Shown here one piece after another: positions 39,001 through 53,961 of a stretch of DNA of 64,000 nt. The stretch is from Phallusia mammillata (taxonomy: Eukaryota), in assembly GCA_965637545.1 (NCBI GenBank), contig OZ281497.1, positions 21,204,001-21,268,000 of the forward strand, in the 5' to 3' direction. The position numbers and the translations under genes are program-made. Numbering within the stretch: position 1 is the stretch's first letter; the number at the start of each line of letters is the position of its first letter. The notes under the pieces were generated by a model. It was not told the origin of the DNA, ran no database searches, and saw only the letters and a program-made list of their open reading frames with translations.

Positions 39001-42000
39001 TACACAAGCTTTCTTTTCATTTGTGAACAAATATGTTTAATCGTGTAAAAATGGAAATAAATCGCATAGTGATCTCTATTATCATAAATTCAATTATGCT
39101 ACTTACAAAAAGATTATACAGTGGTAATGTTTTTTCATTAGAGCACATGCACCATTTTTGACAGTAACCCATATGATTGTTAAAATTTCATGAATGTGGG
39201 TAAAACATAGCATTGTTTTCTTGCAATACCAGATGGAGAGAAGTGGCTTATGACCAAAGGATGATTACTGAAGACTCGCTGTCTTGGTTCAGAAAGGTTC
39301 ATGATCGTGAAACAAAACTTGTGGCCTTGAAATGCTGGAAACAATCCTTAATGTACAAACGGTTTGCACATGACCTGCTTGCAATGAAACAACAGCATTT
39401 GCTCAGTGTAAGTTGTCTATTGTGGAAAAGATAAAGCCTCACACATAAAACACCCAATATACTAATTTCTTTTAATCGCATTTTTGATCTACTATATGCT
39501 TCATTAAATGACTTTTAAGGAGATTCGTGTTTTTGACTCTGTAATATTTCTGGTGATGCATAAAGCAAATTTTAAAATTACAGAATATATTCTAAAATCC
39601 ACTACTTCTCCAGTAACCAATTTTCTACTTTTATTCGCAGAAAATCTTCAAGGAATGGAAAAATATGTCCAAACTGAATTTCCAAATAAAGATGGCAAAT
39701 TTCACAGACAGACTGCACACATCAAACTATACAATCTCATCTTTTTCCAACAGTTCCATAGAAAGTTGTGAAGATTTTTCACATGCTCCTGAGTCTTTGT
39801 GTAATCGGAAAACGGTGTTTAATGATTCTGGTGTTGAAACAGCAAAAGATTCATCATCTGAAGTTTCAAGTCAATGTGATCGCATATTACAGGACAAAGA
39901 ATTCCAATCGAATGCCCTTATTCCTTCAAGCTTTTCACCCCATGACACTGAATCATGTGATTCATATGATCGTGAGTGTCGGAGCATCATTTCATACAAC
40001 CTGGATGATGATACAACTTATGAAGACTCAAGCACAAACAAAGCTCATTCTAGCAATGACACCATGACAATAGCAGAATTAGATAGTGATTTCGATAACA
40101 AAACTTGTTTTGGTGATGCAGAAAATCAACTGTTGTCCAACCGTACTGTAGTAGAGTTATCGTGCATAGCAACCAACCATGACAACTGCAGTGTCGCCGT
40201 ACATGACTCAGCACTTAGTGATCACCTGGCAGACATGGAGGTGGAAAGTCTTATGCAGCAAATAGCCACTCCTGTAGAAGTTAATGCTGATGGAGATGTG
40301 AATTTTAAAGCTGTTAGTGTTTGTGAATTGAAGGTTGACCAACCCGTGACAAGTTTTTGTAGAAGACCAAAGCTGGTCACTGATGTGATTGGTCAAAGTA
40401 AGTAGCTGTACTTGTATATGTCTGTTTGTTTTTTAAATCCAATTTACATTTTAGTTTTTGTCTAACTTAAATAAAGAGAGAGTTATTGTTGGTTAAAATT
40501 GGGTCAATTTATTTGTGACTTCTTTTTTAATCATTTTGTTAAAACCTAAAACGCAAATCTGCCAATCCAAGAAAAACTCTTACATTTTTTAAAAACTCTT
40601 TTATTATCAAAAATAAACCTTTTTATAGGAACAGATAAAGGTTGCTTGTCACAGATAGCATCCTTTGCTCTTCACCGACTTAAATATCCAACACTGAGTT
40701 TGGTTTTCTATCAATGGAAACTGTTTGTCAATGAAAAGAAGTGGAAAAGAAATGCTCAACAGTTGGCAGAATCATTTCAAAATGAGAAGCAAAAACAAGT
40801 GTCCTTCAGGTAACATGAATCAATGATGTAATATGTATGGCTTGACCGTTTTTTAAATGGTAAGTAATACCATTGCTTAAAAGGTCAGGTTTGAGTTAGT
40901 TCTGCTCGGTGAAATTATGTTTTATAGAGTTGGGTCTGAAGTGAAAGTCATGAGAACGCACTTAGTTACAATGAAATCTGCTAGTTTTTTACTGTATCTC
41001 ATATTCTTATCTCATAAATTGTGACAGTTGTTTGACGTGTAACCCTTTTCTGTTTTTTTTTGTTGTGTAGTGACTTGATTTTTCCATATTAATATCATAA
41101 ACTGGTCAAAGTATGTTTAACTGCACTGTACTGGTTGTTGTTTACATATCAAAGTCTTTTGGTTCAGGAAATGGAAGTTTCTGATCATCTCACTGGCAGT
41201 TGCTGACAACCATTATTACCAGAGATTATTTGAACAAACCTTTTCATCTTGGCTTCATTGGGTTAGATTGAAAAAGCACATCAAATGGTAGACACATTAA
41301 AACCATAGTAAACATGCATATTGTATTGTAAAAATTACATTGGTTTTGCAGCATGCATCAAACTGCCGATAAAATGATAAAACGGAGACTGACATCGGTG
41401 AGCTTTGGCATTTGGCATCAAAACTACAAACAAATCTGTGAATTTAAAGGTGATCAATTTATACCCCAAAATGCTCTAGTTATAATGCTTAAGATAAAAC
41501 GATTTTCATTTTTTGGTATCCGCCTTGGTTGTCAAATTGAGTTGTTTACTAGTTGAGCACTTATATAATGAGCAAATGGTCCTTGTTTTTCCGAGCCTTC
41601 CTGTTAAAATCGCATTATTTTATCATTGTCCCATACGTTTGTTTCATTTTACCGTGTTTTCAAGGTTTGGGCGTTTTCGTAGTTTTTTTCTGTGTTTTAG
41701 AATTGCCTACATACGTAACACTAACAGAGTAACTAATGTTACAAACTTGACTTTGTTTTTTATGCCAAATCAAATTTACATCAATGCAACACTTACAGAT
41801 GCTCTTAACAAGTTGGAACTTGAGCAAGCAGATGTTAAACGTTTGGAAGGCGATTGTTCAGACTTTCAAAAGAAACAAAGGAATGCTTTGCTCAAAAAGT
41901 GCATGAAAATCTGGACAAAGAAACACCACCAGCTCAAACTTTGCGATAGACACAGCGAGCATAAACTAACACAAAGGTCTGTAACTTGAGATATTAACTG

Positions 42001-44895
42001 TGGGACCGTGTTTAAACTCAATGGTATCAGACCCTCCCATAGGGAGCATATTCACTGTTTTTGTAAGTAAAAAGCTGATTGAAAAATTTTTTGTACCAAA
42101 ATCAGTCAATAGATTAACATGGAACATATGTATTTCACCCAAATGGCATATTCAGTTTCTTATTGTATTTAACTTGAATTATGAACTGCAATTTAGGGGA
42201 AATATATATGTTCAATATTTACCACTTGAATAATTCTGCAACTTAGAATTAATTTTCCATTCTCAGTTACTTTGATGTGCTGGTTTATTTTTGTGATCAT
42301 CAATCTTTGAAACAATAACACTGTGAATTTGTTCGAACAAGCTTTACCAAATTTTTGCTGTATCAGCTCCTAATACTGTACTCTTTGTAGATGCTTCTTG
42401 CATTGGGAGTATTGCACTGAGAGAAAGCAGTGTCAGAGAAATAGGGTAAAAGCAGTCAACGAAATTCTATTCAAATACAGATTCCTGACCACCTGGAGAA
42501 GGTAACTTACTTGCATTTAATCAAATTTGTAATGTTAAATCATGTATATCTGGTTATCTGTTTTTTTTTATTTTTTCCTATAAACACTAAAAATGACCAT
42601 GTCACATATACAACTCAATAATTTTACATCAATAGCTTGTACTATAAAACTTGTGGGTCAATAACTATAGTAAGTTTTTTTAATGTTATACTTTGTGAAG
42701 AATGCTTCACCAGAAAAAAATGGCGGAGTTTATTCATGCAGACAACGTAAAGAAAAGAATGCAACATCTGCTGACACATTGGCACAGGTTTGCTTTAGGT
42801 ATGTATTTCTCGGCAATTGGTGACACAAATTTTCCATTGTACAAACTTTTTCCATTTTCAAAAATACCCAAATTAACCTTGTTTGCACGTGACCTCATGT
42901 TGTGTCATTGTGTTAACCGTGCCGTTGAAATGACCTATCAAAATGTTAGTTACGGAATGTTAGCAATGGCATATTTGTTAGTAAACTCTGTTGTGAAGCG
43001 TCTGTTGACCAAGGTTAAATTACAATCCGGTCTTAATTCAGAACCACAACCATTGCAATATACTAATGTAGCCATTTGTTTGCGTATCGCCTCTTATACT
43101 TTTTGGTGTACCAATCCGCGGTTACCGAAATTTCTCCATTTTATCGTAACTGAAAGTGTACCGAAGATTCAGTTTCATATTTTTTTGGCCTTTCTGTCGA
43201 TACCGAAACTTTTACACACAAAAAATATATTAGGTTTCGGTCCCAATCTGATTTTGTATTATCGGTGCGCCACTATAGCATATACTAGTACAGATATTAA
43301 AACATAGTTTGGGTAACGTAGGTAAACTCATTCGTTTCATGCAAGAAGCTTTTAATTTACAATTCGTTTCACAGTTCAACGCAAGAACCGAACCTTTGGT
43401 GAAGCATTTCTCGCTCGAAGCAAACACGCTAAACTTACCTTTTGCTTTTCCTCGTGGAAGCACAGAAGCAAACTCCAGCGGTCGGCTATAAACTTCCACA
43501 CATCAAACTTACTCCGCAAATCCTTTTCAAGCTTGCAACAATTTGTCCTCGAAAAAAGCGCCAGAAATGAAATGGCAAAAATTGTGGATAAACGAAACAG
43601 TCGCCAATTGGTAAGGGAGAGCACACTTTTTAAAAATACCTGGATAGTTATACGGACATACTTTCTGAATATTGTCCATTTTTATGTCATTTTCTGTTGT
43701 TACTGCATTATCTTTGTACTAAATTGAAAAAAGCCACTTCCCATTTTTAAGACACCTGTAGTTTTGTTAATATCTGTTCGTAACAGCAAAGTCCAGTTTG
43801 TTTAATTAGTAAGATCGAAATCGAAGTCATTTTACCATTTTGTCATACCGATTGAAAACCTAAACTCTGAACCGTTTTGTTTTAGGTAGCGCGTTGTTTC
43901 AGCCGATGGCAAGAAGCAAAAAACAAGGGCGAAATTTATCGTCATTTCGAAGTCGCCCGTTTGCGATCTCTATGGTTGCTATGGCGCCGTAGAACTGAAA
44001 ACAGGTGCGCTTTTTCTTCGTTTACAATTTTCCCCAAGCGGTATCAAAGGCTTTTCCAGGACATACACGTTTATCATTTGCATTGCAGGAGAGTCACAGT
44101 TGAAAGAAACAACCCACTACTTCGCCGTTCGTTCGATGTTTGGTTAAAAAGGTGCAGGGAGGAAAAGAACGCGCGTTGCACAACCAGACATATTATTACC
44201 AAGTGGTAAGCATACGAAATCTAGCACACATATATTGTTTGACTTTCTGGAACTCAAAAGGATCTGCCGATCGTGTATACACGGTATACCAAGCGTCTTA
44301 TATTGACACTTAGACCAACGCCTGACTTGGGTGGGATATTATGACGTCATAAGTGAACGGTATATCTAATATACACCAAAGCTGTTATTCTTTAAAACGT
44401 CCATGGTGTGTTTGCGTTGCAACAACCGGTCAGTTGCTTCAAGACAGTATTACATAACTTGACGCCTACTTGCTGTCCACCATTATGCATTGCAGCGTGG
44501 TGACATTTTGACGATTTAGCAATTTCCGCTAGTTATACCCTTAATCCGTATTGAAACTGAAATACTGAAACACTTTTTTTCAAACGTGCAGTACTTGTTT
44601 GTTATAGGCACAATTTGACTGTCAAGCAACGACAGTTACAAGAAATGTCGGAGTTGATCGAAATTGGACAACGCGCTTTGTTAAAAGAGACCACTTTTAA
44701 CCGCTGGATTGAAAACTGCGTGCAAAGCATTGAGGCGAAACGACACTTTCGTAAGACGCAGTTGCGAAGGTGCTTTTATAATTTGCTAAAATGGTTTTGT
44801 TTTTCGTGCACAAAATAAACAATACGATCTTATACAGGTTTTTCCGTGCCTGGCAATCAAATACACTTGAAAATATCAACGAAGATGCAATTTAA
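33058..44895 (+). CDS. SFI1: SFI1-like centrin-binding repeat protein (many short W-containing helical repeats)
   Basis: A large disordered exon (to donor 34433) is followed by many small exons with SFI1-type repeats, e.g. RYFQKWKQ (34572-34646), ANQQFEHRLLHKTFLRWKESR, LIKQSLGMWRRE, ADQHWQKLNLKHNFHAWKSH. A second low-complexity exon lies at about 39650-40397; the last exon 44838-44895 is RFFRAWQSNTLENINEDAI*. The start codon and some exon boundaries are tentative; orthology to SFI1 versus CCDC191-like proteins is not tested. Confidence 0.65.
37386..37572. mobile_element. hAT-type MITE (left TIR partly deleted)
   Basis: Starts CAGTAGTCGCGAC and ends AACCACTG; 8-bp flanks TCCTAGGG / TTCTAGGG (7/8). 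Confidence 0.6.
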
Positions 44896-46640
44896 TCATA
44901 AAAAAATCGAGGATATATTCTGAACATGGGTGGACAACAGTTGCTTTTACCCTATTAAGGGGCAATTGTGCCAATCCACATCTTTCACCGTGTCTAACGA
45001 ATGACCAAGCTGATTTTAGTATTGTACAATGGGCATTTTTCGACTATTTTATTCCAGCTGGCATATACCACCTACTTTGTCCCTTAGTTCCCAAAGCTAA
45101 TTGGGACACCACCCAAAATCAAAGTACTTTTTACATTGTACCCCCTGCAACTATGTCGAAGTAACCACTGTAAATACTTGCCTTTGATACTAGAGACCTA
45201 TGAGATTTCTGAATTCCTTTTATCTTGCCTTAAACAACGTTCTTCAGCAAATCGCTGCTTACTAGTTCCGCTTTCTGTAAAGCCTCATTTGGTGATGCTT
45301 GCTTAGATGTCCATACGTGTCGATCTGTTGCTGCTTTTTAGCTGTAAAGTGTACCAGTCTGCAGTGTTAGATATGTTCCAAGCCTTTTTACATGTTGTGT
45401 TTTTTTATCAACGATCTTGCCCTTACTTTTTGTACGGTACAAACGGATTTTTTACCTTTGCAAGTAGGAGTGTAGTTTAGCTGCTATTAGTGTAAAAATT
45501 GCGTTTAGGCCTCATTTTGGGCCAAGTTTTGTTCCTTTACGATAAACTGAATTCCGTACCAAAAACTCCCAATATCAAGTCGATGCCTTTATATTGCTTG
45601 AAAAAACAGTAGGTCGATTTTGACAGTCAGTTTTGCTTTTGTATGTAGCCTATATAAGTTATGCTTGTTTGATTTAAAGCAAAACAGTTTTGTCTTTGAC
45701 CAATTTTTGTACTTTACGTCACTGTGTTCTGTACAACGTGTTACTAAAATGCGAAAACATGATTTTTTTTGTCTCGCTAGGTTGTGCGTTTCCCCTCAGT
45801 AAACAGATTAAGTACTGCAAAATACAAATCCCTGTTTGCATTCATTCAAAGTAAGCGGGCAATATTTTCGTGACATAGTGCGCTGGCAAGCTGGTTGGCG
45901 GCAACACGCACTAGTTAAGAATCGTAAGTAAATATTAGGAGGAGCTCCTGAACACAGCGATTTTCAGCTTTTTTGAAAACACAACCCTGCAGAACAAGAA
46001 AGTAGCTGTGGTTTTTCCCAGGCCAAAAATATGTCTTAAATTGAAACAATCATAAACGGTAATTTTCACAATACGGTCATAGCACACAGTCACTTGTGTG
46101 TGTGTGTTTTCACTGCATTCAAGTGATTTTGTACGAAAAAGTAGAGATCTTCTTTTAGCAGTAATAATATTCAATAGTTGTTGTACAAAGAAATGACCCT
46201 CTGTATTTCGACAAGTTTTGTTCGATTTTGGGTCAAAATTGAAAACTGACAGTTACGCCATAACATTTTGCATCAATATTGCAATTCAGATCGGATTGTT
46301 TAGGATGCTCAGACAAGTGGCATGCTTATCAGACATTCACATATATTTATGTTTTATGTAGTCTTTAGTTTAAAGTAAAAGTTTAGTCAAATTTGCAGAT
46401 CCCACTGAACAAAAAATCAGTGGTTCATTTTCTGTCACTGGCACGTGTCACAAACTTCACGTGTCATGAAACGTGCCAGACTGCCAGACAAGGGTTTTTG
46501 GATTTTGCAATTACAGAAGCAAAACAAACGTGTGTTTTGTGTGCACTGTGCAATGATAATATATTTCACTCCTGTTCTTTTATTCCAAGATTCAAAGCAC
46601 AGTTTTGAATGTGATAGAAGTAAATTCAGTTTGATTTATC

Positions 46641-49600
46641 ATGGGAGATTTACGATTTGATGGAAAGGTAGTTCTCGTCACTGGTGCTGGAGCGGGTAAG
46701 TTAACAATCTATCAGCTTAATTGCAAAGATATAGCTTTACGAATATCGGCTTTAAAAATAAATAAGGATTATTGCACTTAGTTTGCATTTCATTTTTTGG
46801 AAACATCTCTCTCATCATTTATGTATTGGTTTATCTCAAAAAAAAATAACAAACTATAACTGCTGGATTAGGCCTGCAAAATGTAAGATACAAATCTTTG
46901 CCTTGGCTAAGTATGAGCATTTATTTTTGTCAGGGCTTGGAAAAGTATATGCTATTGAGTTTGCCAAAAGAGGAGCATATGTAGTAGGTAAGTAATGTAT
47001 GACAAATAGTTTCAAAGTTGTTCAAATCCAAAAAGGCTAACAAGTATTTTTACTGATAAAAGTTAATGATCTTGGTTCTACACCTGGTGGAGTTGGAAAG
47101 TCAGCTAAAGTTGCAGATCAAGTGGTTGAAGAAATTCAAAGAAATGGTGGAAAAGCTGTGGCAAATTATGGTAAAGTGTTGTAAATGAATTACTTTGCAA
47201 TTCTTGTGCAAAAATTAAAAAGTACTAAAAAACCCTTTTAGATTCTGTGGAGTTCGGGGCTAAGTTGGTACAAACAGCACTTGACAACTTTGGAAAAATT
47301 GGTGAGTCATTTTAAATTTTTTGACCAAACTTCACCTTATAAGTATATTAAGTAGAGTTTGAAATAAACATTTAAGTGCAATGCAAACTATATATATATA
47401 TAAACAACTTTATACTTATTTTTTTTGTGTTTGTAGATGTTGTGATCAACAATGCTGGGTAAGTATGTATGATAGTGATGGTTGGTAGCAGTGGAATATG
47501 CAATATGTATGAGCATAGTTTGAGATATTCGCCAGCTTGTACTGACATTAGTTACTTATTAACTAGTCTGGATCAGTTTGTCCATTAACTACATATATGC
47601 TTTGTCATACCTCGCTTTAAAATATGAAATTATGGCTTTTTTATTAAAAAGGTTTGTTGCCAGAATGTTTTAAAAATATTACATCACAGAATCAAACTAA
47701 AAAGTCAACCATAAAATTGTATAGTGCAATATCATGCAGTTCTTGTTTATGACTCAGCAATTGCCTCATCATCTTTTCAGCATCTTGCGTGATCGATCAT
47801 TTGCTCGCATGACCGAACAAGAATGGGATTTAATCTTAAAGATTCACCTGAAAGGAAGTTTTTCTGTGACAAAGGCTGCTTGGGACCACATGAAAAAACA
47901 AGGCTATGGTCGCATTATTATGACATCGTCACCATCTGGCATTTATGGCAACTTTGGGCAATCAAACTACAGTGCAGGTTTTTGTTTATTTTGTCTGTTA
48001 ATTTTATGTAATGGTCCGTGGTTCAAATGTGTGCAGTTTGATTTTTTTTAACATGGCTGTTGTGTCACCTAAATTGTTGCAAACCTTGTTTATGTGATCA
48101 GCAAAGATGGGACTTGTTGGATTTGCTAACACTCTTGCACTGGAGGGTCAAAAATATGGAATCCATGTCAACACTATTGCACCAACAGCCTGGACAAGAT
48201 TAACTGAGTCCCTCATGCCTCCAAGTACGAAACTGCACTTAGATTTTTGTTTGGGTCAAATGAATCGACAATAATGGATTGCTTAGGAAACTTAATAAAC
48301 TTAGTTAACAGTTGTGTTCTTCGTTTCCCATTTAGGTTCAGAAAAAGAATTGCGTCCTGAATATATTATGCCTCTGGTTGTGTACTTGTGCCATGATTCC
48401 TGCACTGAGAATGGTAAGTTGAACAAATAATCTTGTGCAATGAACACTTTGAATGTTTAATAAATGTCTGTTTATCAAACTGTCTGCTGGTTCAATTTTT
48501 TTTCATTGTTGAACAGCAACCACAATCCATACATATTTTTTTGCATTTTTAAACAACCTTGTAATCATCTGCACCACTTTTACAGGTGGACTCTTTGAAC
48601 TTGCTGGTGGACTTATCTCAAAACTGAGATGGCAAAGAACAAAGGGAGCAGTACTGCGAGAAATCGGTCGTGACATGAGACCAGAAGATGTCAAGGAACA
48701 TTGGTCTACCATCACTGATTTTTCTGAGGCCTATTCACTGAAGGTTTGCTAGTGTTAATATTACATACCCAGAAGCCTAGAAATTTTTACATTTACCTAA
48801 GCATACGTTGAAATTGTATTATCGCTGTGTTATGAGTTTTTTTACTTTTCTTATACATTCTGAGGTAACATTTCCCTAACACACGACAGAAACATAGAGA
48901 AGCTGTTTTACAAGGCGCTACTTTATAGACCAACACTGAATCGTCAATGAAAACTGCTGAAGCGATCGCCCGCATTCAGTCTGGAGATAACGACCTCGGA
49001 TCAAATCACCCGATTCGTCCCAACGTTGCTAAAAAGCATAAATTTGCACCTTTGGTTACAACTCACGATCGAAATGCGATAATACTTTACGCACTTGGAG
49101 GTAAGACCATTGTTTTACAATAATGTTTGTCCTGTTTGTTGCGGTTATATCCTCCCAGGCTTCAACATTTTAGTAGCAGCCTGCGACGGCGGATACCCTC
49201 TTATAAGCGGCGCACGTGTATATGTTTGAAATATTACTGACAAAGCACAAGCTGTTACGTCCCACTTCCAGACTTTAGTAAAAAGAAATTTTTAACGCCC
49301 CAAAACGATTCTAAATTATATTCTTTCAACCACGAAATGAAATATTTAGATATTTTCATCTGAAATTTTTTTGAAAACCACAACACAAATTTAACTGCTA
49401 GGTAATTTGACCAGAAACATTTGCATTTCAGTTGGAGCTTCGACGAAACGAAAGGACAACTTGAAATTTTTGTTTGAGCTGCATGACGAATTTTGCGCTC
49501 TTCCCTCATACGGAGTGGTTCCCCCTTTTGGTAGCATGATGCTTGGTAATGTCGAAGGACTCGAAATTAATCCTACGCAGGTAATATTTTAGCGGGAAAA

Positions 49601-52600
49601 GAAAACGTATAAATAAACTACAAAGACATAAAACTGAAACACGAGAAAGATACTAGGTTTAAGGAAGTAGAAAAAATTGTGAACTTCTGTATGACCTGTG
49701 GGCTTCTGTGATACAGAAATATACTGCGTGCTCAGCTGCCGTTTGCGCTACTCTATTGCCTTTTTGCTGCTTATACTGGTTTAACTTTTCATTTGATAAT
49801 GACATAAGTTTTACGTCGTGCTATATGACATACTGTCAAAGGAACATTTGAATTGTTAAAACGTCATATTCCTTACAAATGTATCGGCATGTCTATTTCA
49901 TGTTAGAAATTTCAAAACCCCGAATTGTGTACCTGAGTGAAATTTCGCGTTTAAAACTTACCATATTAAATGTTGCAGATTCTTCATGGCGAGCAATACC
50001 TGGAGATTTATAAACCGATTCCGGTTGAAGGCAAATTGACAAGCCAGGCTCGTATAGTTGATGTTTTGGACAAAGGTTCGGGTGCCGCAATCATCAACAA
50101 CGGTGAGTAAAAGTTGCATAATTTTTGTGTAAAAACCTCCACTGGTTAAAAAACTACGCTACGCTAATTGTGCCATTTTGTAACTGCACGTGGCATACGC
50201 AGGCACTCAACGTATTGTGGTCTGTACTGTTATGCCGTTTAGAGATCACGCGAGTTATTATATATGGCGTAACCATAGACAGCATAGAAACAATAATATA
50301 AAGGCGGTCGGAGCTAAAATAGCATCTATAGGCTAGAACTTATTTCATGTTTACGACATCTTTTATCTTTTTCAGTTGAAACCTTCGACGAATCTGGTGA
50401 GAAGGTTTTTTTCAACCAGTTTGTGACGTTTGTTGTTGGAGCTGGAGGATTTCGGGGTAATAGATCATCCGATGAGATGAAGGTACAAGTGTGCGCGTTT
50501 TATCTCATCCTTCTTGCGTTTAGTTTGTCTAAATCAGGGGTTCCCAAACATTTATGGTCTGTGGCCCATATGTCTATTTAATAGCGATTCGTGGCTCACC
50601 ACGTGCTGTAAATTTGGGCACAAACAAAAAAACTCAAAAATAGGCGAAATGGTTTCTAGCAATTTATTTTTAATGAGATACACGCTCCTCAAATTTGGCT
50701 ACAAGATTCGGAATTCTTTGCAAATATTATGTTTTTCAAAACAAAGCGCATAATATCTACAGTATAACAAAACAGTAAAATCTGTTCAAATGGCTCTGTG
50801 GCCCATAGAAAATGTCTTGGTGGCCTAGTACTGGGCCATGGCCCACAGTTTGGGAACCACTGGCCTAAACTTTATGTAAGGTACTTAAATAATTTTTTTT
50901 ACTAATTGAATAAAAAAGATCTCAATATATACGGTTCACAAAGTTTGTCACTTGTTCGTTCTGTATTATAGTTTTTAAGTTGTAGGGAGTAAGTTACAGG
51001 TGTTTATTAATAGCTGCATTAATACCTTAGTACCCATTATTCTGTCCCATATCCTATGTATTTGGCATAGTATCGATAGGAGGTGTTTGTTTCTTGCTTG
51101 TTGACGTCATGAGCAATACCACAAAGCTTGAAAAACAGTCAATGTGACTGGATACGCACATTAAAGCTCATTAAGTGGTATCGTAGCTAGCTCATGTGGT
51201 CAACTACTCTGCAAGGTTTAAAAGCACATTACCACCAACTTCGATCATTAGATATCGGTCCACTTGCAAATCAAGTTTATTTATGTGCCCAGCATTTACA
51301 ATAACGCTTCTTTATTAGCTAATGTTGAAAGTCGCAACAGACCATTTGTTCATCTGGTATAAGATTTTAAATTCCGTTTTTGTCTGATCAAAGTGTGATG
51401 TATTATTTTCCATATACCAGGCTGTGGCATCACCACCAAAGCGAGCACCAGACGCAGTAATTGAACAAAAGACCAACATCGACCAAGCCGCCTTGTATAG
51501 ATTGAGTGGTGATCACAATCCATTGCATATCGACCCTGGTTTTGCCGCTATGGGTGGCTTCAAAGAACCAATCTTACACGGTCTCTGTTCGTTTGGCTTC
51601 TCCACTCGACATGTAATGGAACAGTATGGAAACAACGACCCTAAGATGATCAAAGCTGTCAAGGTACTAAACTTGCGATGTTCGTTTGTTTGCAATACAT
51701 TCTTGTTACATAATGGACTTTTTCGAGATTGATACCGTAGGTCTGTTCAAGATTACCCACAGTTTACAAATGTTGTACATTGACAGGGGTCGTTTTATCT
51801 GGTTTATTAGTTCTGTCGCTATGTTTTTATATCCTTGTACAGTAAAGTTTGGTTAATCCGGACCCGTTTTGAAAAAAAAAAAACTGTCCGGATCAGACGA
51901 AGGTCCGGATTAACCGGTGTCGATTAGTTAAAGCCGTACCACATTATATATCATTTGTATCTCACGTTTTGTCCGAATTAGGCAAAGATTCGTATTAGCC
52001 AAATGCGGTTTAACCGAGGTTTACTGCATTTGTTGATCGGTATTAATTAGACAAACTGTAGATGCAAACTGAAACTGCTAGAATTTTCACCGACAGCGAT
52101 TTTTGTTTTAGGTTCGTTTTGCTTCGCCGGTTATTCCAGGACAAACTCTTCGCACTGAAATGTGGAAAGAAGGAAGTCGTGTGTTTTTCCGCTCGGTGGT
52201 AGCCGAGAGCGGTAAGGCGTGCTTGACCGGAGCTTACGTTGATCTCAACACTGATGCAGCACCAGCTTCAAGTGTACCCAAGCAGGTAACAGTAAACTGC
52301 CGTCACTGACTTTCTGTTTTGTCATAAGACCTTTAAATGTTTCGAAGTGCATTTGTTTGTGAAGCATTTTATTCGATCAAGCAAAAAGTCGAAGGGCCAT
52401 GAAATTGTCCTTATTTTGGGAAAACCTGTTGATTTTTTCTGCGTAGATAACACTTGGCACTGGGGTTCCTTTTTTCAGTTAAAAAATGTTTCATGAAAAA
52501 ATATGTTTTTCAAAACTTTTTTAAATCGAACATTTAGCTAATCTGTCGATAAAAGGTCGGTTCTGTTCATAAACAAACTTTCGGCTGACAGAGTTTGCAA

Positions 52601-53961
52601 TTTTTAAAAATGGTTTTGGTAACTTTGCACGGCTCTGTTGCAGGAGCCTTCAGATTCGTTGGCGAGCGACGCGTTGTTCGAGGGAGCTGCGGAAAAGTTG
52701 ACTCCAGAGATCGTGAAAAAAGTCAACGCAATTTTCCAGTGGAATATCACAGCGGGTGGAAAAGTGGCAAGAGAATGGGGTGAGTGTGTATTGTAAACAA
52801 TATCAGGTGATCGAAAGAGTTGTGCCGGGCAATCACTGCTGATCATTATTCACGGGCAACGGTTGCCATGATCGAAAAATAACTTAAAAATACAATATTT
52901 CATGAAACATTTAGTGTAAATAGGCCTACCCTTCTTTGCATTACCAGGTGAGTACAATCGTACTTTTTAGCTCCAGTAAAGTTATGACTATGAGGTATGT
53001 GTAGATTGTACCTATTGAGCGTAGAAGAACCTTAATTACAGTTTGTACGTGCAATGTTGCCAGCCACACACTGCACACTACAGTAGAGGGTGCGACATTT
53101 TTTTGCCATTTACCAATGCTTTGCTGGAGGTAAATTTTTGCAGTAGAAAAAAAACAGTGCCATAGGTCATAACATGGTTGGAACTAAAACAGATAATTAA
53201 ACATCAGCAAGTTTAACGGGTCCGAGCCTGAATACAACTGATGTTGTTGTTCGCTTGGCACAGAAATGGACTTGTCTGGTGGATCCGGTAAAATTGCCCG
53301 CGGAAAAGCTGCGAATCCTGGCTGCACTATTACAATATCCGATGAAGATGTGATGGGAGTATTTAGCGGGACTGCAAATCCTCAACAGGTATGTGATAAT
53401 CTAACTGTCGATGATTTAAATGTGCTGTGTCAAGACTGAAGGAATTAAACTGTAGGATGAATATGTTATATGTCAGGGGTGGCCAAACTGCGGCTCCCGA
53501 GCCGCATGCGGCTCTTTGTGCCTTTGATTGCGGCTCTTTAATGTTGCATTAAAGACTGCAAATGAATAACTGCAAAGTTTAGCCAAAAAACGTTGTTGAG
53601 AAATAACTGCAAAAACAGAAAGAAAAACAGGAAAATCAAACTTAAAACAGAATGGGAGGAGGAGCTTCCTGTCGCGTACTAGTTTGCAATTATTCACACA
53701 AGTGCGACGTGCGTAACTTTTCTCAAGGTCAGAGATTACACATGTAAAAGCCATCTGCTATGTTAAGTTTCGAACTAAAATAGTCATTTCACATTATTTG
53801 TTTTTATGTGAAGCCCATTTCCGATAAATATATAAAAATTTGGACTTAAAGGTATTCGTTTTGTGTTTCAGCTGTTTTTTAGCGGCAAGATGAAGGTGAA
53901 GGGCAACATTATGCTTGCCCAGAAGCTGGAAGTGCTCTTTAAATCACACTCAAAGCTGTGA
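46641..53961 (+). CDS. HSD17B4: Peroxisomal multifunctional enzyme type 2 (SDR dehydrogenase, hydratase 2, SCP2), copy a
   Basis: 18 exons: 46641-46695, 46934-46987, 47063-47170, 47242-47301, 47437-47458, 47781-47977, 48102-48224, 48336-48413, 48586-48743, 48929-49100, 49432-49580, 49979-50102, 50376-50482, 51421-51663, 52112-52285, 52644-52779, 53264-53388, 53872-53961. Motifs [64 protein letters not shown]; C-terminal PTS1 SKL. Confidence 0.97.
50535..50862. mobile_element. hAT-type MITE
   Basis: TIR CAGGGGTTCCCAAAC / GTTTGGGAACCACTG (14/15); 8-bp flanks GTCTAAAT / GCCTAAAC. Confidence 0.8.
51840..52026. mobile_element. Tc1/pogo (Tigger-like) MITE
   Basis: Ends CAGTAAAGTTTGGTTAA / TTAACCGAGGTTTACTG, flanks TA / CA, internal repeated (C)CGGATTA motifs. 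Confidence 0.65.
53474..53720 (+). mobile_element. Left-end fragment of a hAT (Charlie/SPIN-like) element
   Basis: CAGGGGTGGCCAAACTGCGGCTC..GAGCCGCATGCGGCTC subterminal repeats; right TIR not found, so the right boundary is approximate. Confidence 0.55.

Noticed and set aside
42702-43307. 201-aa ORF as an independent gene
   Set aside because: Its start overlaps a short SFI1-like exon and the rest is intronic read-through with no recognisable domain. The same applies to ORFs 10028-10522, 41513-41989 and other track ORFs that overlap real exons or are antisense shadows.
45000-46400. Small minus-strand gene between SFI1-like and HSD17B4a
   Set aside because: Splice-like signals are present, but candidate exons contain stops in the frames tried and no recognisable protein.
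52991-53010. let-7-like TGAGGTATGTGTAGATTGTA
   Set aside because: Seed mismatch and no precursor hairpin.
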